A stretch of 64,000 nt of DNA from Candidatus Latescibacterota bacterium (GCA_965248355.1 OZ252098.1:3104001-3168000), one strand, 5' to 3'. Counted from the stretch's first letter, positions 45,813-56,409 are shown. Numbers and translations are program-made. Notes: a model not told the origin generated them from the sequence alone.

Positions 45813-47053
45813 GTGCCCGGGCTGCCGCTCTCGTTTCTCGACCACAACCTGGGTCGAGGAATTCACTACTGACACTCCCGAGGAACAGATTGTGCTTTCC
45901 TTCCTCGATGCTGATGCTCTGATCGGTAGAGCGGCAAAACCTCTGGCGAGGCTTGCCAATATCAACGATGCGTCGTTGCCGGATATCGAGGCCGCCCGCG
46001 AGGCGGCGCGAGAAGCCCGGGAGGCGATCCGCAGCACCGAAGTGCTTTGCGATCTGATCGCAGCACAGCCGCTTTCCGAAGACTCCAGGGTCACTCACTT
46101 CCCTTTCGAGGTCTGGAGGCAGCATCGGCAACCCGCCGTGGCAGGAAGCGACCATAGAGGAACATGCATTCTGGGCGCGTCACTTTCCGGGCCTGCGGGC
46201 TCTTTCCCAGCGCCAGCAGGAAGCGGAGAAAGCCAAGCGGCAGAAGGAGAGGCCCGACTTGGTGTCGCTCTATGAGAGCGAGGTAGCCGAGACCGAGAGG
46301 ATGCGCAAGGCACTGGTTGGTGGTGCCTTCCCCGGGATGGGAACTGGAGACCCCGATCTCTACAAGGCGTCTTGTTGGCGGTTCTGGAGGTTGACCGGCG
46401 AAGACGGCGGACGCATTGGCGTCGTGTTGCCACGTAGTGCGCTCGCAGCCAAGGGTACGACCGACTTCCGTCATACGGTATTCGGTGAATCGGAACAGGT
46501 CGAAGTCACCATGCTGCTCAACCGGGCGGGGTGGGTGTTTGACGAGGCGGAGCACCGCTACACTATAGGTCTCGAGCCGTCGGCTCGGCCCACGGGGGGT
46601 CTTCGACGCGGCGGCCATGGGTGGGGGCGGATCTCTCGGGGACAGTGCTGCAGCCAGACCGTGCGGCCGCAGACGCGGACGTCCCGCCAGCGCCGGGGCT
46701 TCATGGTCCGTACGATCTGGCCTCGCCGGCCACATTGCGGACATCGACACCCCGTCTTGTGCGGCTTCACGGCGACCACGAGGTCGCGTCCTCCCGGGCC
46801 TTCGAACCACGAGTCCGCCGCGCGGAACCCCTTGAATTTCAACAGCTTGGAGACTATCTTCCCTGCGGTCATAGGTCGGGTCTCCCTCTCTCCCGCCGGA
46901 GAGTGCTTGATGTGGTGGTAGCACCAAGCTCAGGAGTCGACCTATGACCTTGTCATGTACTCACGTTTCAGCGTTGAAGAATAAGGCTGGGACTACCAAG
47001 CGAGGCTGGACGGCGTGCGCAGCCATTTCCTGGCGTGGAGGAGTCGTCGATGA
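45813..47053 (+). pseudogene. Type IIG RM / N6-adenine methyltransferase remnants, interrupted by an ISL3 fragment
   Basis: [21 protein letters not shown] (motif IV, 46124-46147); GDPDLYK...GVVLPRS; C-terminal GWDYQARLDGVRSHFLAWRSRR whose stop overlaps the next ATG. Confidence 0.75.
46572..46949 (-). mobile_element. ISL3-family transposase 5' fragment
   Basis: MTAGKIVSKLLKFKGF...CRCPQCGR...RRWRD...then a frameshift to PTHGRRVEDPPWAEP (zf-ISL3 pattern). Confidence 0.75.
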
Positions 47054-48198
47054 CCCTGCGTGTCGATGTGAGACCGGAGCTGTTCCGCTGGGCGCGCGAG
47101 CGGGCGGGAGTCGAGCTGGAGGCATTGGTGAAGCGGTTTCCCAAGTACCGGGAGTGGGAGAGCGGGGAGAAACAGCCGACGTTCAAGCAACTTGAGCAGC
47201 TTGCCAACGTCACCCATGCTCCGGTCGGCTCCTTCTTCCTATCTCAGCCACTCCAGGAACCAGTCCCGATACCCGACCTGCGCACCGTCGGCAATCGCTT
47301 TGTCGGCCGACCCAGCGTCGACCTGCTGGACACCGTTTATCTGTGTCAGCAACGGCAGGACTGGTACCGCGAATACGCCCGCATGGAAGGCGAGGATCCG
47401 CTCCTCTTCGTCGGCGCCGCCACACCGGCGAGCGATGTCGAATCCACCGCATCGAGAATAAGAGCGGCTCTCGGCTTCGGCCTCGACGAACGCCGCACAC
47501 TGCGCACCTGGACCGATGCCCTGCGGGGCTTCATCGAGCAAGTCGACTCCCTCGGCGTCCTGGTGATGGTAAACGGCGTAGTCGGCAACAACACCCGCCG
47601 CAAGCTCGACCCGGAGGAGTTCCGAGGCTTTGCCCTCGCCGACGACCTCGCGCCCCTCATCTTCATCAACGGCGCCGACACCAAGGCAGCGCAGATGTTC
47701 ACCCTGGCGCACGAACTGGCCCACATCTGGCTCGGGGAATCGGCCCTGTCCGACGTCGAGCCGGCCTCGATACCCTCTCATCAAATAGAGATGTGGTGCA
47801 ACCGCGTGGCGGCGGAGCTCCTCGTTCCCCAAGGGACGCTACGTGAAGCCTATCGAGGGTGGGAGGACCTGGCGACCCAGCTAAGCCGCTTGGCCCGCCA
47901 TTTCAAGGTGAGCACCCTCGTCGTTCTTCGCCGCATCTTCGACATCGGCGCAATCGACCGCGGCGAGTTCGATCTGGCCTACCGGCGAGAGCTGGATCGC
48001 TTACTGTCCATGGCAACGGCAAGCGGCGGCAACTTCCATCCAACTCTGAAGACGCGGGTCGGACAGAGGTTCGGCCGCGCGCTGGTCGCCTGCACGTTGG
48101 GAGGCAGAACTTCGTTCTCCGAGTCCTTCCGCCTGCTCGGCATCAAGAAGCCAGCGACCCTGCGCGAGTTCGCGGCAAGCCTGGAAGTGGGTTCGTAG
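47050..48198 (+). CDS. XRE-HTH plus ImmA/IrrE metallopeptidase
   Basis: LFRWARERAG...WESGEKQPTFKQL; EFRGFAL; FTLAHELAHIW (HExxH); CNRVAAELL. Confidence 0.92.
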   Translation: MTLRVDVRPELFRWARERAGVELEALVKRFPKYREWESGEKQPTFKQLEQLANVTHAPVGSFFLSQPLQEPVPIPDLRTVGNRFVGRPSVDLLDTVYLCQQRQDWYREYARMEGEDPLLFVGAATPASDVESTASRIRAALGFGLDERRTLRTWTDALRGFIEQVDSLGVLVMVNGVVGNNTRRKLDPEEFRGFALADDLAPLIFINGADTKAAQMFTLAHELAHIWLGESALSDVEPASIPSHQIEMWCNRVAAELLVPQGTLREAYRGWEDLATQLSRLARHFKVSTLVVLRRIFDIGAIDRGEFDLAYRRELDRLLSMATASGGNFHPTLKTRVGQRFGRALVACTLGGRTSFSESFRLLGIKKPATLREFAASLEVGS

Positions 48199-48693
48199 AT
48201 GGCGTATCTCCTCGACGCCGATGTCTTCATACGCGCAAAGAACCTGCACTACGGCTTCGACTTCTGTCCCGGATTCTGGGAGTGGCTGATTCAGGCCAAC
48301 GCCCAGGGACGAGTCTTCAGCATTGAGAAGGTCGGGGACGAGATCAAGGCGGGAGACGACAAACTCGCCAAGTGGGGAAAGAAGCGCGGCGAGGGTTTCT
48401 TTCTCGCGCCAACGCCCGCGGTGCTCGAAGCACTTGGAAGAGTGGCGGATTGGGCGAACAGCCAGGACTACCAGCCTACGGCCATCGACACGTTCCTTCA
48501 GGTAGCCGACTACTACCTGATTGCCCACGCCCTGGCCTGCGGCTATGAGGTAGTTACCCACGAAATCCCATCCTCGTCCAGGAACAGGATCAAGATTCCC
48601 AACGTCTGCATCGGTCTTTTCGTCAAGTGTCTGACACCGTATGAGATGCTGCGCCGGGAACGGGTGCGGTTGGTATTGGGGGCCGCTGCATGA
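48199..48693 (+). CDS. DUF4411 PIN-domain protein
   Basis: YLLDADVFI, YGFDFCPGFWEWL, ADYYLIAHA, VVTHE, KIPNVC. Confidence 0.9.
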   Translation: MAYLLDADVFIRAKNLHYGFDFCPGFWEWLIQANAQGRVFSIEKVGDEIKAGDDKLAKWGKKRGEGFFLAPTPAVLEALGRVADWANSQDYQPTAIDTFLQVADYYLIAHALACGYEVVTHEIPSSSRNRIKIPNVCIGLFVKCLTPYEMLRRERVRLVLGAAA

Positions 48694-51579
48694 CCCGCGC
48701 ACCCTCGTTCATTGACAACCGGAACGGCAACACCTTGGCACAGGCCCTGGGTACCCTACTGGGTGTTGGGCCGGCCGCCGCAATGGGGGCGCCGTCAGAT
48801 AAGCCCGATCAGGTCAGCATCGCCACGGCCTTTTTCAGCCCCACTGGTTTCGCACATGTCGCCGATCAACTGGAGGAGGTTCCAGAGGTTCGCCTGCTGC
48901 TTGGAGCGGACCTGGCCGCTGGGGCGGTGGAGCACCGCAAGCCTCTTGACGAGACACCGGAGAGCTTTGAACGAAGGCGGATCGAGGTGGGCCTGAGGAG
49001 TATGGCCGAAGGGCTGGAGCGAGACCGCGATCACCTGCCCTTCAATCGCACGAGCGGCGCGGCCTTGGGCAAGCTGATCGCGGCGCTTCGGGCCGGCAAC
49101 ATGGAAGTACGGCGCTACAAGAAGGCGTTCCTGCACGCCAAAGCGTACATCTTCACTTCCGGATCTGACGGAAGCGCGGGACCTGAAGGGATCATCGCCG
49201 GCTCTTCCAACCTGACGGGCGCAGGTTTGACCACGAACCTGGAGCTCAACCTCGGCCGCTTTGATCGACCTGTGGTCGAGGCGGCCAATCATTGGTTCAA
49301 CGAACTGTGGGAGGAAGCCGAGCCCTACGATCTGGCACGACTCTTCGCGGTGGCATTCGAGGCCGGTCACCCTGGGATATCTTCATCCGGGTCCTGTGGC
49401 AGCTCTACGGGGAGGAGGTCCAGGAGGACGCGCAGACGGATGCAAACCTGCCACTGACGAGCTTTCAGAAACACGGCGTTGCCAGAGCGTTGCGGCTGAT
49501 GCGCGATACCGGCGGTGTGATCGTCGCCGATGAGGTGGGACTCGGGAAGACCTTCATCGCCGGTGAGATCCTTCGCCTCTACCGAGAAAGTCGACAGCGG
49601 GCGCTCCTGATCTGTCCGGCGGCGCTGCGGGACGGTATGTGGAGGACATTTCTGAGTGAGTTTCAGCTCTATGTGGAATACCTGTCCTTCGAGCAACTGG
49701 CGAACGACAGACAACTTCGGGACCGGCAGCGCCCGAATGCGGACCAAGCTCATCTTCAGCGATCCCTTGACGAATATCAGCTCGTCATCGTCGACGAGGC
49801 GCACAATTACAGCAACCCTGACGCGCCCACGCGGGCCGCTGCGCTGCGCCGGCTTCTCTTCGGACGAAGGCGGGATCTTCTTCTGCTCACCGCCACGCCG
49901 GTGAACAACTCGCTTTGGGATCTCTACCACCTGATCCGCTTCTTCCTGCGCCAAGACGCCCACCTTGCCGGCCGCGGCATCCTCTCGATCCGCGAACGCT
50001 TCGAACACGCCATGCGGGTGGACCCGTCCAGATGGCGCAGGAGCACGACACCTTTCTGGAGGCGCTGGACGTCGGTTCCGTCGTCACGACGGCCTTCCTT
50101 CAGGAGATTTCGGGTGACGACGAGACCGTCTTCGAGGATTTTCTGAGAGCGTCGGATGACCGCTCTGAAGCGGCACTCTACGATGTCCCCCGGTTGCGCG
50201 CCGCGGTAGAGCAGGATCGCGATCTACTCCGTGGTCTCGCGGACGAGGCGCGGTCGATCACTGCCGACCAGGACCCCAAGCTGAAAGCCTTGTCCGATGC
50301 GCTGGCGGAAATCGCTCAACAGGCGGAAGGGGAAGCGATCGACAGTGCGGACGAAGGGCAGAAGCGGAAGGTGCTGGTCTTTTCCTTCTTCGAGGACACC
50401 GTCGAGTGGATCCGGGATTTCCTGCGACGAGAGGTCGCCGGACGACCCGAGCTCGCCGGCTACCGGGATCGCATGGTCGCGGTCAGCGGCTCGGGGGATC
50501 TGGACGAGCCTTCACGCCAGCGGGCGGTCCAGGGTTTCGCGCCAGTGTCCATGCAGGCACCGGCCGGACAGGATGCGGATCTCTACGACCTCATGATCGC
50601 CACGGATGTGCTCGCCGAGGGGGTGAACCTTCAGCAGGGCCGGCACATCATCAATTTCGACCTGCCCTGGAACCCGATGCGGCTCGTGCAGCGCCACGGC
50701 CGGATCGACCGGATCGGCAGTCCTCACAGCCAGGTATTCCTTCGGACCATCTTTCCCGCCGATCGCCTCGACTGCCTGCTGAACCTGGAACAACGGATCC
50801 TGGGGAAGCTGGAAGGATGCGTCACTCTACGAGCGCGGGGGCAGCGCGGGGGAAGCGCGGGCGCCGCCCAGACCGGGGAAGAGTATCGGCAGACCCTGCG
50901 CAAGGCGCTCGATGTGAACCGGGAGCGCATCACCGGGACGCCGTGGAAGGTCGGCTCGGGCATGGTCAAGGGCAGGCATCGGGGGGTGTTCTTCTGTGCG
51001 GTAGTGGGCGCCGAGACCGAGTTTGAACGAACCTATCTGCGCTTCATTCCCGCCGGTGAGGATTGGGCGCCCGCCACAGGCAGCGGCATGGAGCGCGAGC
51101 TTGGCACCTGTCTCCGGCTCATTGAGTGCGGTGAGGAGACGCCGCCTTGGTATCCTCGTTTCCTGCGAGAGAGGGCATACGACTTCTGGGAAGTAGCCCA
51201 GCACGACATCTGGACCGGCTGGATGCGCGAGACCGACCCGGCGAATCTGCAGCCCCCGGTCCACCCTCTGAACCACCGCGTGGCGGAGTTCATCCGTAGC
51301 CATCCGCCGCTGAATGTGTCCGAGGACCGCGTGAACCGGGCACTCGATATCCTCGAGTCGCCCTGGCCCCGGCGCGACGAGATCATGCTGCGGAACTGGT
51401 TCGGGTCCAGAGAATCCCAGGGCTCGGGGCTCGCGGGGTTTCTGATCGACCAAATCCTCGAGACCGGTCTCGAAGCAACCATGCCGCCTCCGCCACTGCC
51501 CCCGATCGAACAAGAGGAGGTCGAGCTTCTCTGCTGGATGGGGATAGAACGCGAAGACGGCGCGGAAGAGTTGCAATGA
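48690..51579 (+). pseudogene. PLD-nuclease-SNF2 helicase fusion, frameshifted and internally deleted
   Basis: HAKAYI/GSSNLT (PLD); frameshift at ~49362; DEVGLGKT, DEAH, TATPVNN; jump at ~50030; EGVNLQ, DLPWNPMRLVQRHGRIDRIGS. Confidence 0.85.
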
Positions 51580-51911
51580 CCAGCGTCACCGACACACTCA
51601 TCCACCAGATGGTCCATGCAATCGTCGAGGAGGTCGATCCCGAAAGGGTGATCCTCTTCGGGTCCCGCGCCCGAGGCGAAGAGCAACAGGGATCGGACGT
51701 CGATCTGGTGGTCGTGGAAGCCGAGCCGTTCGGTCCGAAGCGAAGCCGCCACAAAGAGATGGTCAGGCTCTACAAGGTCCTGGCGGACTTTCCCGTGTCG
51801 GCCGACGTCCTGGTCTATTCCCATGATGAGGTCGATTACTGGCGCGACTCCCTCAACCACGTTCTGGCGCGGGCGCTGCGGGAAGGGAAAGTGCTCTATG
51901 AGCGACCCTAA
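51576..51911 (+). CDS. Minimal nucleotidyltransferase (MNT antitoxin)
   Basis: VILFGSRARG...SDVDLVVV; ALREGKVLYE. Confidence 0.9.
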   Translation: MTSVTDTLIHQMVHAIVEEVDPERVILFGSRARGEEQQGSDVDLVVVEAEPFGPKRSRHKEMVRLYKVLADFPVSADVLVYSHDEVDYWRDSLNHVLARALREGKVLYERP

Positions 51912-53208
51912 GGCACTGCGCAGAAATAAACGCTGTTCTTTCTGATAGAAAGGTGTTATCCTTGACGGGTGGACACGGAAAGCACCCTGCGGGCGAAATA
52001 CGAAGCCTTGACGCCGGTGTTGAACGAGCGCACGCGACGCTTGTGGGCCGCGTCGGAGGCGCAAGCCCTGGGACATGGCGGCATTGCGGTGGTGGCCCGT
52101 GCGACGGGCCTGTCGCGGACCCGGATCGCTCGCGGCCTGCAGGAACTGCGGTCGGACGCCCCGTTGGACTCCGGCCGTGTGCGTCGGCCGGGCGGCGGCC
52201 GCAAGCGGCGCGTCGACACCGACGTGACGCTGTTGTCGGACCTCAACGCCCTGCTCGAGCCGGTCACCGCCGGGGCGCCGGACGACAGCCCCTTGCGATG
52301 GACGTCGAAGAGCGTCCGCAAGTTGGCGGTCGAGTTGCAGGCCCTGGGCCATTCGGTGAGTCCTGGCCTCGTCCACGGACTGTTGCACGAGCTCGGCTAC
52401 ACGCTGCAGGCGAATCGCAAGACGAAAGAAGGCACGCAACACCCGGATCGGGACGCCCCGTTTCACTACCTCCACGACCAGGTCCGAAGGGCCCAGGCCC
52501 AAGGCCAGCCGGTCATTTCGGTGGACACCAAGAAGAAGGAGCTGATCGGCGACTTCAAGAACGTGGGTCGCCAATGGCGTCCGAAGGGCGAGCCGGAGCG
52601 CGTGAAGGTCCACGACTTCATCATCCCGGCCCAGGGCCAGGCGATTCCCTACGGGGTCTACGACCTGGGCCGCAACGAGGGCTGGGTCAGCGTCGGCGTC
52701 GACCACGACACCGCCCACTTCGCGGTGAACGCCATCCGCAGCTGGTGGAAACGCATGGGTCGTCCGGCCTACCCGGCGGCCTCGCACCTGTGGATCACGG
52801 CCGATGCGGGGGGCCGCAACGGTCCGAGACTGCGGCTGTGGAAATGGGAATGGCAGCGCTTGGCCGATCGCACGGGCCTGACGATCACGGTCTGCCACTA
52901 TCCTCCGGGCACGAGCAAGTGGAACCGCATCGAGCATCGCCTGTTCTCCTATATCGCCATGAACTGGCGAGGCCAACCTCTGGTCAGTCTGGCCACGGTG
53001 GTCAACCTGATCGGCCGGACGACAACGAAGAAAGGGCTTCGCGTGCGCGCCGAGATCGACAAGCGAGCGTATCCCAAGGCCGTGGTCGTCAAGGACGAGC
53101 AAATGGAGCGGATCCATCTCTCGCCCCATGCGTTCCACGGGGATTGGAACTACACGATCCGGCCGGCCACTGAGGGTTGAAGTGAATCATCTGTTTCGGG
53201 ACAAAGCC
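51912..53208 (+). mobile_element. ISAzo13-family insertion sequence with TAA target duplication
   Basis: Ends GGCACT.../...AAAGCC; TAA at 51909-51911 and 53209-53211; excision restores the HEPN frame. Confidence 0.88.
51969..53180 (+). CDS. ISAzo13 (Rhodopirellula-type) transposase
   Basis: NERTRRLWAA, LRWTSKS, ISVDTKKKE, ADAGG, HYPPGTSKWNRIEHRLFS, WNYTI. Confidence 0.92.
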   Translation: MDTESTLRAKYEALTPVLNERTRRLWAASEAQALGHGGIAVVARATGLSRTRIARGLQELRSDAPLDSGRVRRPGGGRKRRVDTDVTLLSDLNALLEPVTAGAPDDSPLRWTSKSVRKLAVELQALGHSVSPGLVHGLLHELGYTLQANRKTKEGTQHPDRDAPFHYLHDQVRRAQAQGQPVISVDTKKKELIGDFKNVGRQWRPKGEPERVKVHDFIIPAQGQAIPYGVYDLGRNEGWVSVGVDHDTAHFAVNAIRSWWKRMGRPAYPAASHLWITADAGGRNGPRLRLWKWEWQRLADRTGLTITVCHYPPGTSKWNRIEHRLFSYIAMNWRGQPLVSLATVVNLIGRTTTKKGLRVRAEIDKRAYPKAVVVKDEQMERIHLSPHAFHGDWNYTIRPATEG

Positions 53209-53620
53209 TAAGTGCGCCCGGATGCTGCTCGGCGCGGCCGAACGCGATGTCCTCACGCTCAGGAACATGACGTCCGGGGTGCCGGACGAATCGTATGGAT
53301 TCCACCTGCAGCAGGCAGCGGAAGAGTCCTTCAAGGCTTGGCTCGCACTGCTGGGCGAGACGTATCCGCTTACCCACAATCTCGAGGCGTTGGTGAATAT
53401 CCTCGCTTCGCGCGCTCTCGACATGATGGCTTTTCGGAAGCTGGTCGTGTATACCCCATACGCCGTCGAGTTCCGATATGGGGGTGTCGATTCGGGTACC
53501 GAGCCGATCGACCGTATGAGCGCGCTGGCCCTCGTCGAGGCGTTGCTCGAGCAGGTCCGGCGCGAGTTGGAAACGGTGGAGAGGAATGATGACCAGCGGG
53601 GGGCCTGCCCCCCCGACTGA
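53209..53620 (+). pseudogene. HEPN toxin separated from its first codons (ATG 51898) by the IS; possible restart at ATG 53222
   Basis: GFHLQQAAEESFKAWL...YPLTHNL...YAVEFRY; reconstructed N-terminus MSDPKCARML. Confidence 0.85.
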
Positions 53621-53693
53621 GCACCGGCAGCCTCTCAGCGAAACAGCCTCAGGGCTCCGCGTTCTCTTCCGTTCAAGCCCCCGAAGAAAGTCT

Positions 53694-53718
53694 CAACACC
53701 CGGACGGCGCCGTTCGTC
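53694..53718 (+). promoter_or_regulatory. ECF-type promoter, copy 2
   Basis: 25/25 identical to 27464-27488. Confidence 0.6.
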
Positions 53719-53776
53719 GTCAGGTAGGAGAGCCGGCGCCCCGGATGGGCGATCGCCAGGGCCCCGGCCGCACTCT

Positions 53777-53795
53777 CCAGCGTTTGCATGCAAAC
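53777..53795. promoter_or_regulatory. Operator-like palindrome overlapping a LacI-like site
   Basis: Perfect palindrome GTTTGCATGCAAAC (53782-53795); reverse complement of 53777-53788 is TGCAAACGCTGG; TTGACA at 53810. Confidence 0.5.
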
Positions 53796-53886
53796 AGCCC
53801 CGGAGTGCCTTGACACTGTTCCAGGGCCTCGGACAGCTTCGATCCGTCCTTTGCCCACACCCTCATCCTCAACCTGCAGGACGGCG

Positions 53887-56409
53887 ATGCACCGATTCAC
53901 CGCGGTGCTGGCCGCCGCGCTCCTCTTCGCAGGAGCCGCCGGCGCCGGCGCCGATGAACAGTCCTCCCAGGCCGACACCAGCGATGCGCGCATGGAGCGC
54001 TGGATGGCCCATCCCCAGCGGACCGCCCACGCCCGGCGCGCGGAGACGCCGCCGCGCCTCGACGGGATCCTCGACGAGGAGATCTGGCTGCGCGCCCCGG
54101 TGCACGAGGGGTTCACCCAGAGCGACCCGGACAACGGCGAGCCGGCGTCGCTGCGCACCACCTTCCAGGTGGCCTACGACGACGACGCCCTGTACATCGC
54201 CGGCGTCTGCTACGACGACCCCGACAGCGTCACGGCGCGTCTGGCGCGGCGCGACGAGTGGCGCGAGCGCGACTTCTTCGAGGTCAGCCTCGACCCCCAC
54301 CACGACCATCAGACGGGGGTCTGGTTCACCGTGGGCCCTTCGGGCTGGTTCAGCGACGGGATCCTCTACAACGACGAGGACTGGGACGACGGCTGGGACA
54401 GCGTCGCCGAGGTGGCGACGGCGAGGCGCGCCGACGGCTGGAGTCTGGAGCTGAAGATCCCCTACCACGTCCTGCGCTTCGGCGAGAAGGAGACCTACAC
54501 CTGGGGGTTCAACGTCTACCGCAGGATCTCCCGCCGCGCCGAGTGGACGGCGTGGAGCTTCACGCCCCGGGGGGTCAGCGGCTACGCCTCGCGCTTCGGG
54601 CATCTGGAGGGGATCGAGGGCATCCGGCCGCAGCGCAGCCTCGAGGTCCTGCCCTTCGCCCTGGGCCGCGGCACCCTGTCGCCGGGAGACGCGGACGGCG
54701 GCAACGACCTGTTCTCCTCGGCCGGCGTCGACCTGCGCTACGGCCTGTCGTCGAACATCTCCCTCAACGCCACCGTCAACCCGGACTTCGGCCAGGTCGA
54801 GGGCGACCCGGCGGTGCTCAATCTGGGGGTCTTCGAGACCTTTCTCCGGGAGCGCCGGCCCTTCTTTCTGGAGGGCATCCAGATCTTCGAGTCGCCCGGG
54901 CCCTTCATCGCCGGCATCAGCCGGCCCTCCACCCTGTTCCATTCGCGGCGCATCGGCCGGCCGCCCTCCCGCTTCGACCTGCCCGACGGCAGCGAAGAGA
55001 TGGACCGTCCCCACAACACCACGATCCTCGGCGCCGCCAAGATCTCGGGCAAGACCGCCGGACGCACCGCCTTCGGCCTGCTCAACGCGGTCACCGGCCG
55101 CGAGCGGGCCCTCATCGACCAGCGCGTCACCAGCGCCGAGACGGGTCTCGCCGACACGGTGCGCCGCCAAGTCGAGGTGGAGCCGCTCACCAACTACTTC
55201 ATCGGCCGCGTGCAGCAGGACCTGCTCACCAACTCCACCGCCGGGGCCCAGCTCACCGCGGTCAACGGCGGCGGCTTCGAGCCGGCCTACGTCGGCGCCG
55301 GGGACGTGCACGTGAAGTGGGGGGACAACGACTACCGGTTCTACAGCCGCCTCGCCGCCAGCCGAGCCGGGCAGCAGGAGGAGCGCGGCACCGGCTGGGA
55401 GGGGGCGCTTTACCTCCAGAAGTCGGGGGGCGCCTTCGGCGGCCAGGCCTACATGGACGCGCAATCGCCCGGCTTCGAGGCCAACGACCTGGGCTACATG
55501 CGGCGCAACGACCGCGTCCAGGCAGGCGCCCACGTCTATCACGAGAAGCTCGACCCCTGGTGGTTCGCCCGCAGGTCCGGGTTCAACCTCAACGTCTGGA
55601 GCCACTGGAACTTCGCCGGCGAGCGCCTGGCCCGGGGGGTCAACGTCAATTCCTGGAACAACCTGCACAACTACTGGGGATTCTGGATGGGCGTCAGCCG
55701 CGGCCTGGAGGCCTTCGACGACCTCGCCACCCGCGGGGGGCCGCTGATGCTCTCACCTGCCAGCACCTGGATCGGCATGAACCTGTGGACCGACGACCGC
55801 AAGCCGGTCAGCGGCGGGCTCCGCGGGAACCTCAGCTGGAGCCGGGGGGGCGACAACCTGGGCTCGTGGGTGGGGGTCGAGCTCGAGATGCGCCCCCTGT
55901 CCCGCCTGGCGCTGGAGATCGAGCCGGGATACAACTACAGCCGCAGCTTCGCCCAGTGGGTGGAGAACGCGGACGCGGACGGCGACGGCGAGGACGACCG
56001 CTTCATCTTCGGCGAGCTGGAGAGCCGGGTCTTCGAGGTCGGCCTGCGCGGCGACTGGGCCTTCACGCCGGGCCTGAGCCTGCAGCTCTTCGTGCAGCCC
56101 TTCGCGACCACCGGCGACTACGGGGCCATCAAGGAGCTGGCGCGCCCGCGCTCGTACGAGTTCCGCCCCTACGCCGGCCTCGAGGACAACCCCGACTTCC
56201 ACCGCCGCGCGCTGCGCTCCAACCTGGTGCTGCGCTGGGAATACAGGCCCGGCAGCACCTTCTTCGCCGTCTGGCAGCAGAGCCGGGACCGGGACTTCGA
56301 CGAGGCCCGGGACCCCGCCTTCCGGCCCGCCGGCGACCTGACCCGCGCCTTTGCCGACGACGGCGACGATATCTTCCTGATCAAGTTCAACCGCTGGTTC
56401 GGGCTGTAG
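53887..56409 (+). CDS. CBM9-like plus DUF5916 outer-membrane protein
   Basis: Signal peptide; PRLDGILDE..W, YDDDALY, ELKIP, ATVNPDFGQVE, ERRPFFLEG, NLVLRWEYRPGS. Confidence 0.88.
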   Translation: MHRFTAVLAAALLFAGAAGAGADEQSSQADTSDARMERWMAHPQRTAHARRAETPPRLDGILDEEIWLRAPVHEGFTQSDPDNGEPASLRTTFQVAYDDDALYIAGVCYDDPDSVTARLARRDEWRERDFFEVSLDPHHDHQTGVWFTVGPSGWFSDGILYNDEDWDDGWDSVAEVATARRADGWSLELKIPYHVLRFGEKETYTWGFNVYRRISRRAEWTAWSFTPRGVSGYASRFGHLEGIEGIRPQRSLEVLPFALGRGTLSPGDADGGNDLFSSAGVDLRYGLSSNISLNATVNPDFGQVEGDPAVLNLGVFETFLRERRPFFLEGIQIFESPGPFIAGISRPSTLFHSRRIGRPPSRFDLPDGSEEMDRPHNTTILGAAKISGKTAGRTAFGLLNAVTGRERALIDQRVTSAETGLADTVRRQVEVEPLTNYFIGRVQQDLLTNSTAGAQLTAVNGGGFEPAYVGAGDVHVKWGDNDYRFYSRLAASRAGQQEERGTGWEGALYLQKSGGAFGGQAYMDAQSPGFEANDLGYMRRNDRVQAGAHVYHEKLDPWWFARRSGFNLNVWSHWNFAGERLARGVNVNSWNNLHNYWGFWMGVSRGLEAFDDLATRGGPLMLSPASTWIGMNLWTDDRKPVSGGLRGNLSWSRGGDNLGSWVGVELEMRPLSRLALEIEPGYNYSRSFAQWVENADADGDGEDDRFIFGELESRVFEVGLRGDWAFTPGLSLQLFVQPFATTGDYGAIKELARPRSYEFRPYAGLEDNPDFHRRALRSNLVLRWEYRPGSTFFAVWQQSRDRDFDEARDPAFRPAGDLTRAFADDGDDIFLIKFNRWFGL

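Noticed and set aside
44929..46275. Novel AspRS fusion protein (448-aa ORF)
   Set aside because: Accidental read-through of aspS and MTase fragments; lacks the anticodon-binding domain and motif 3.
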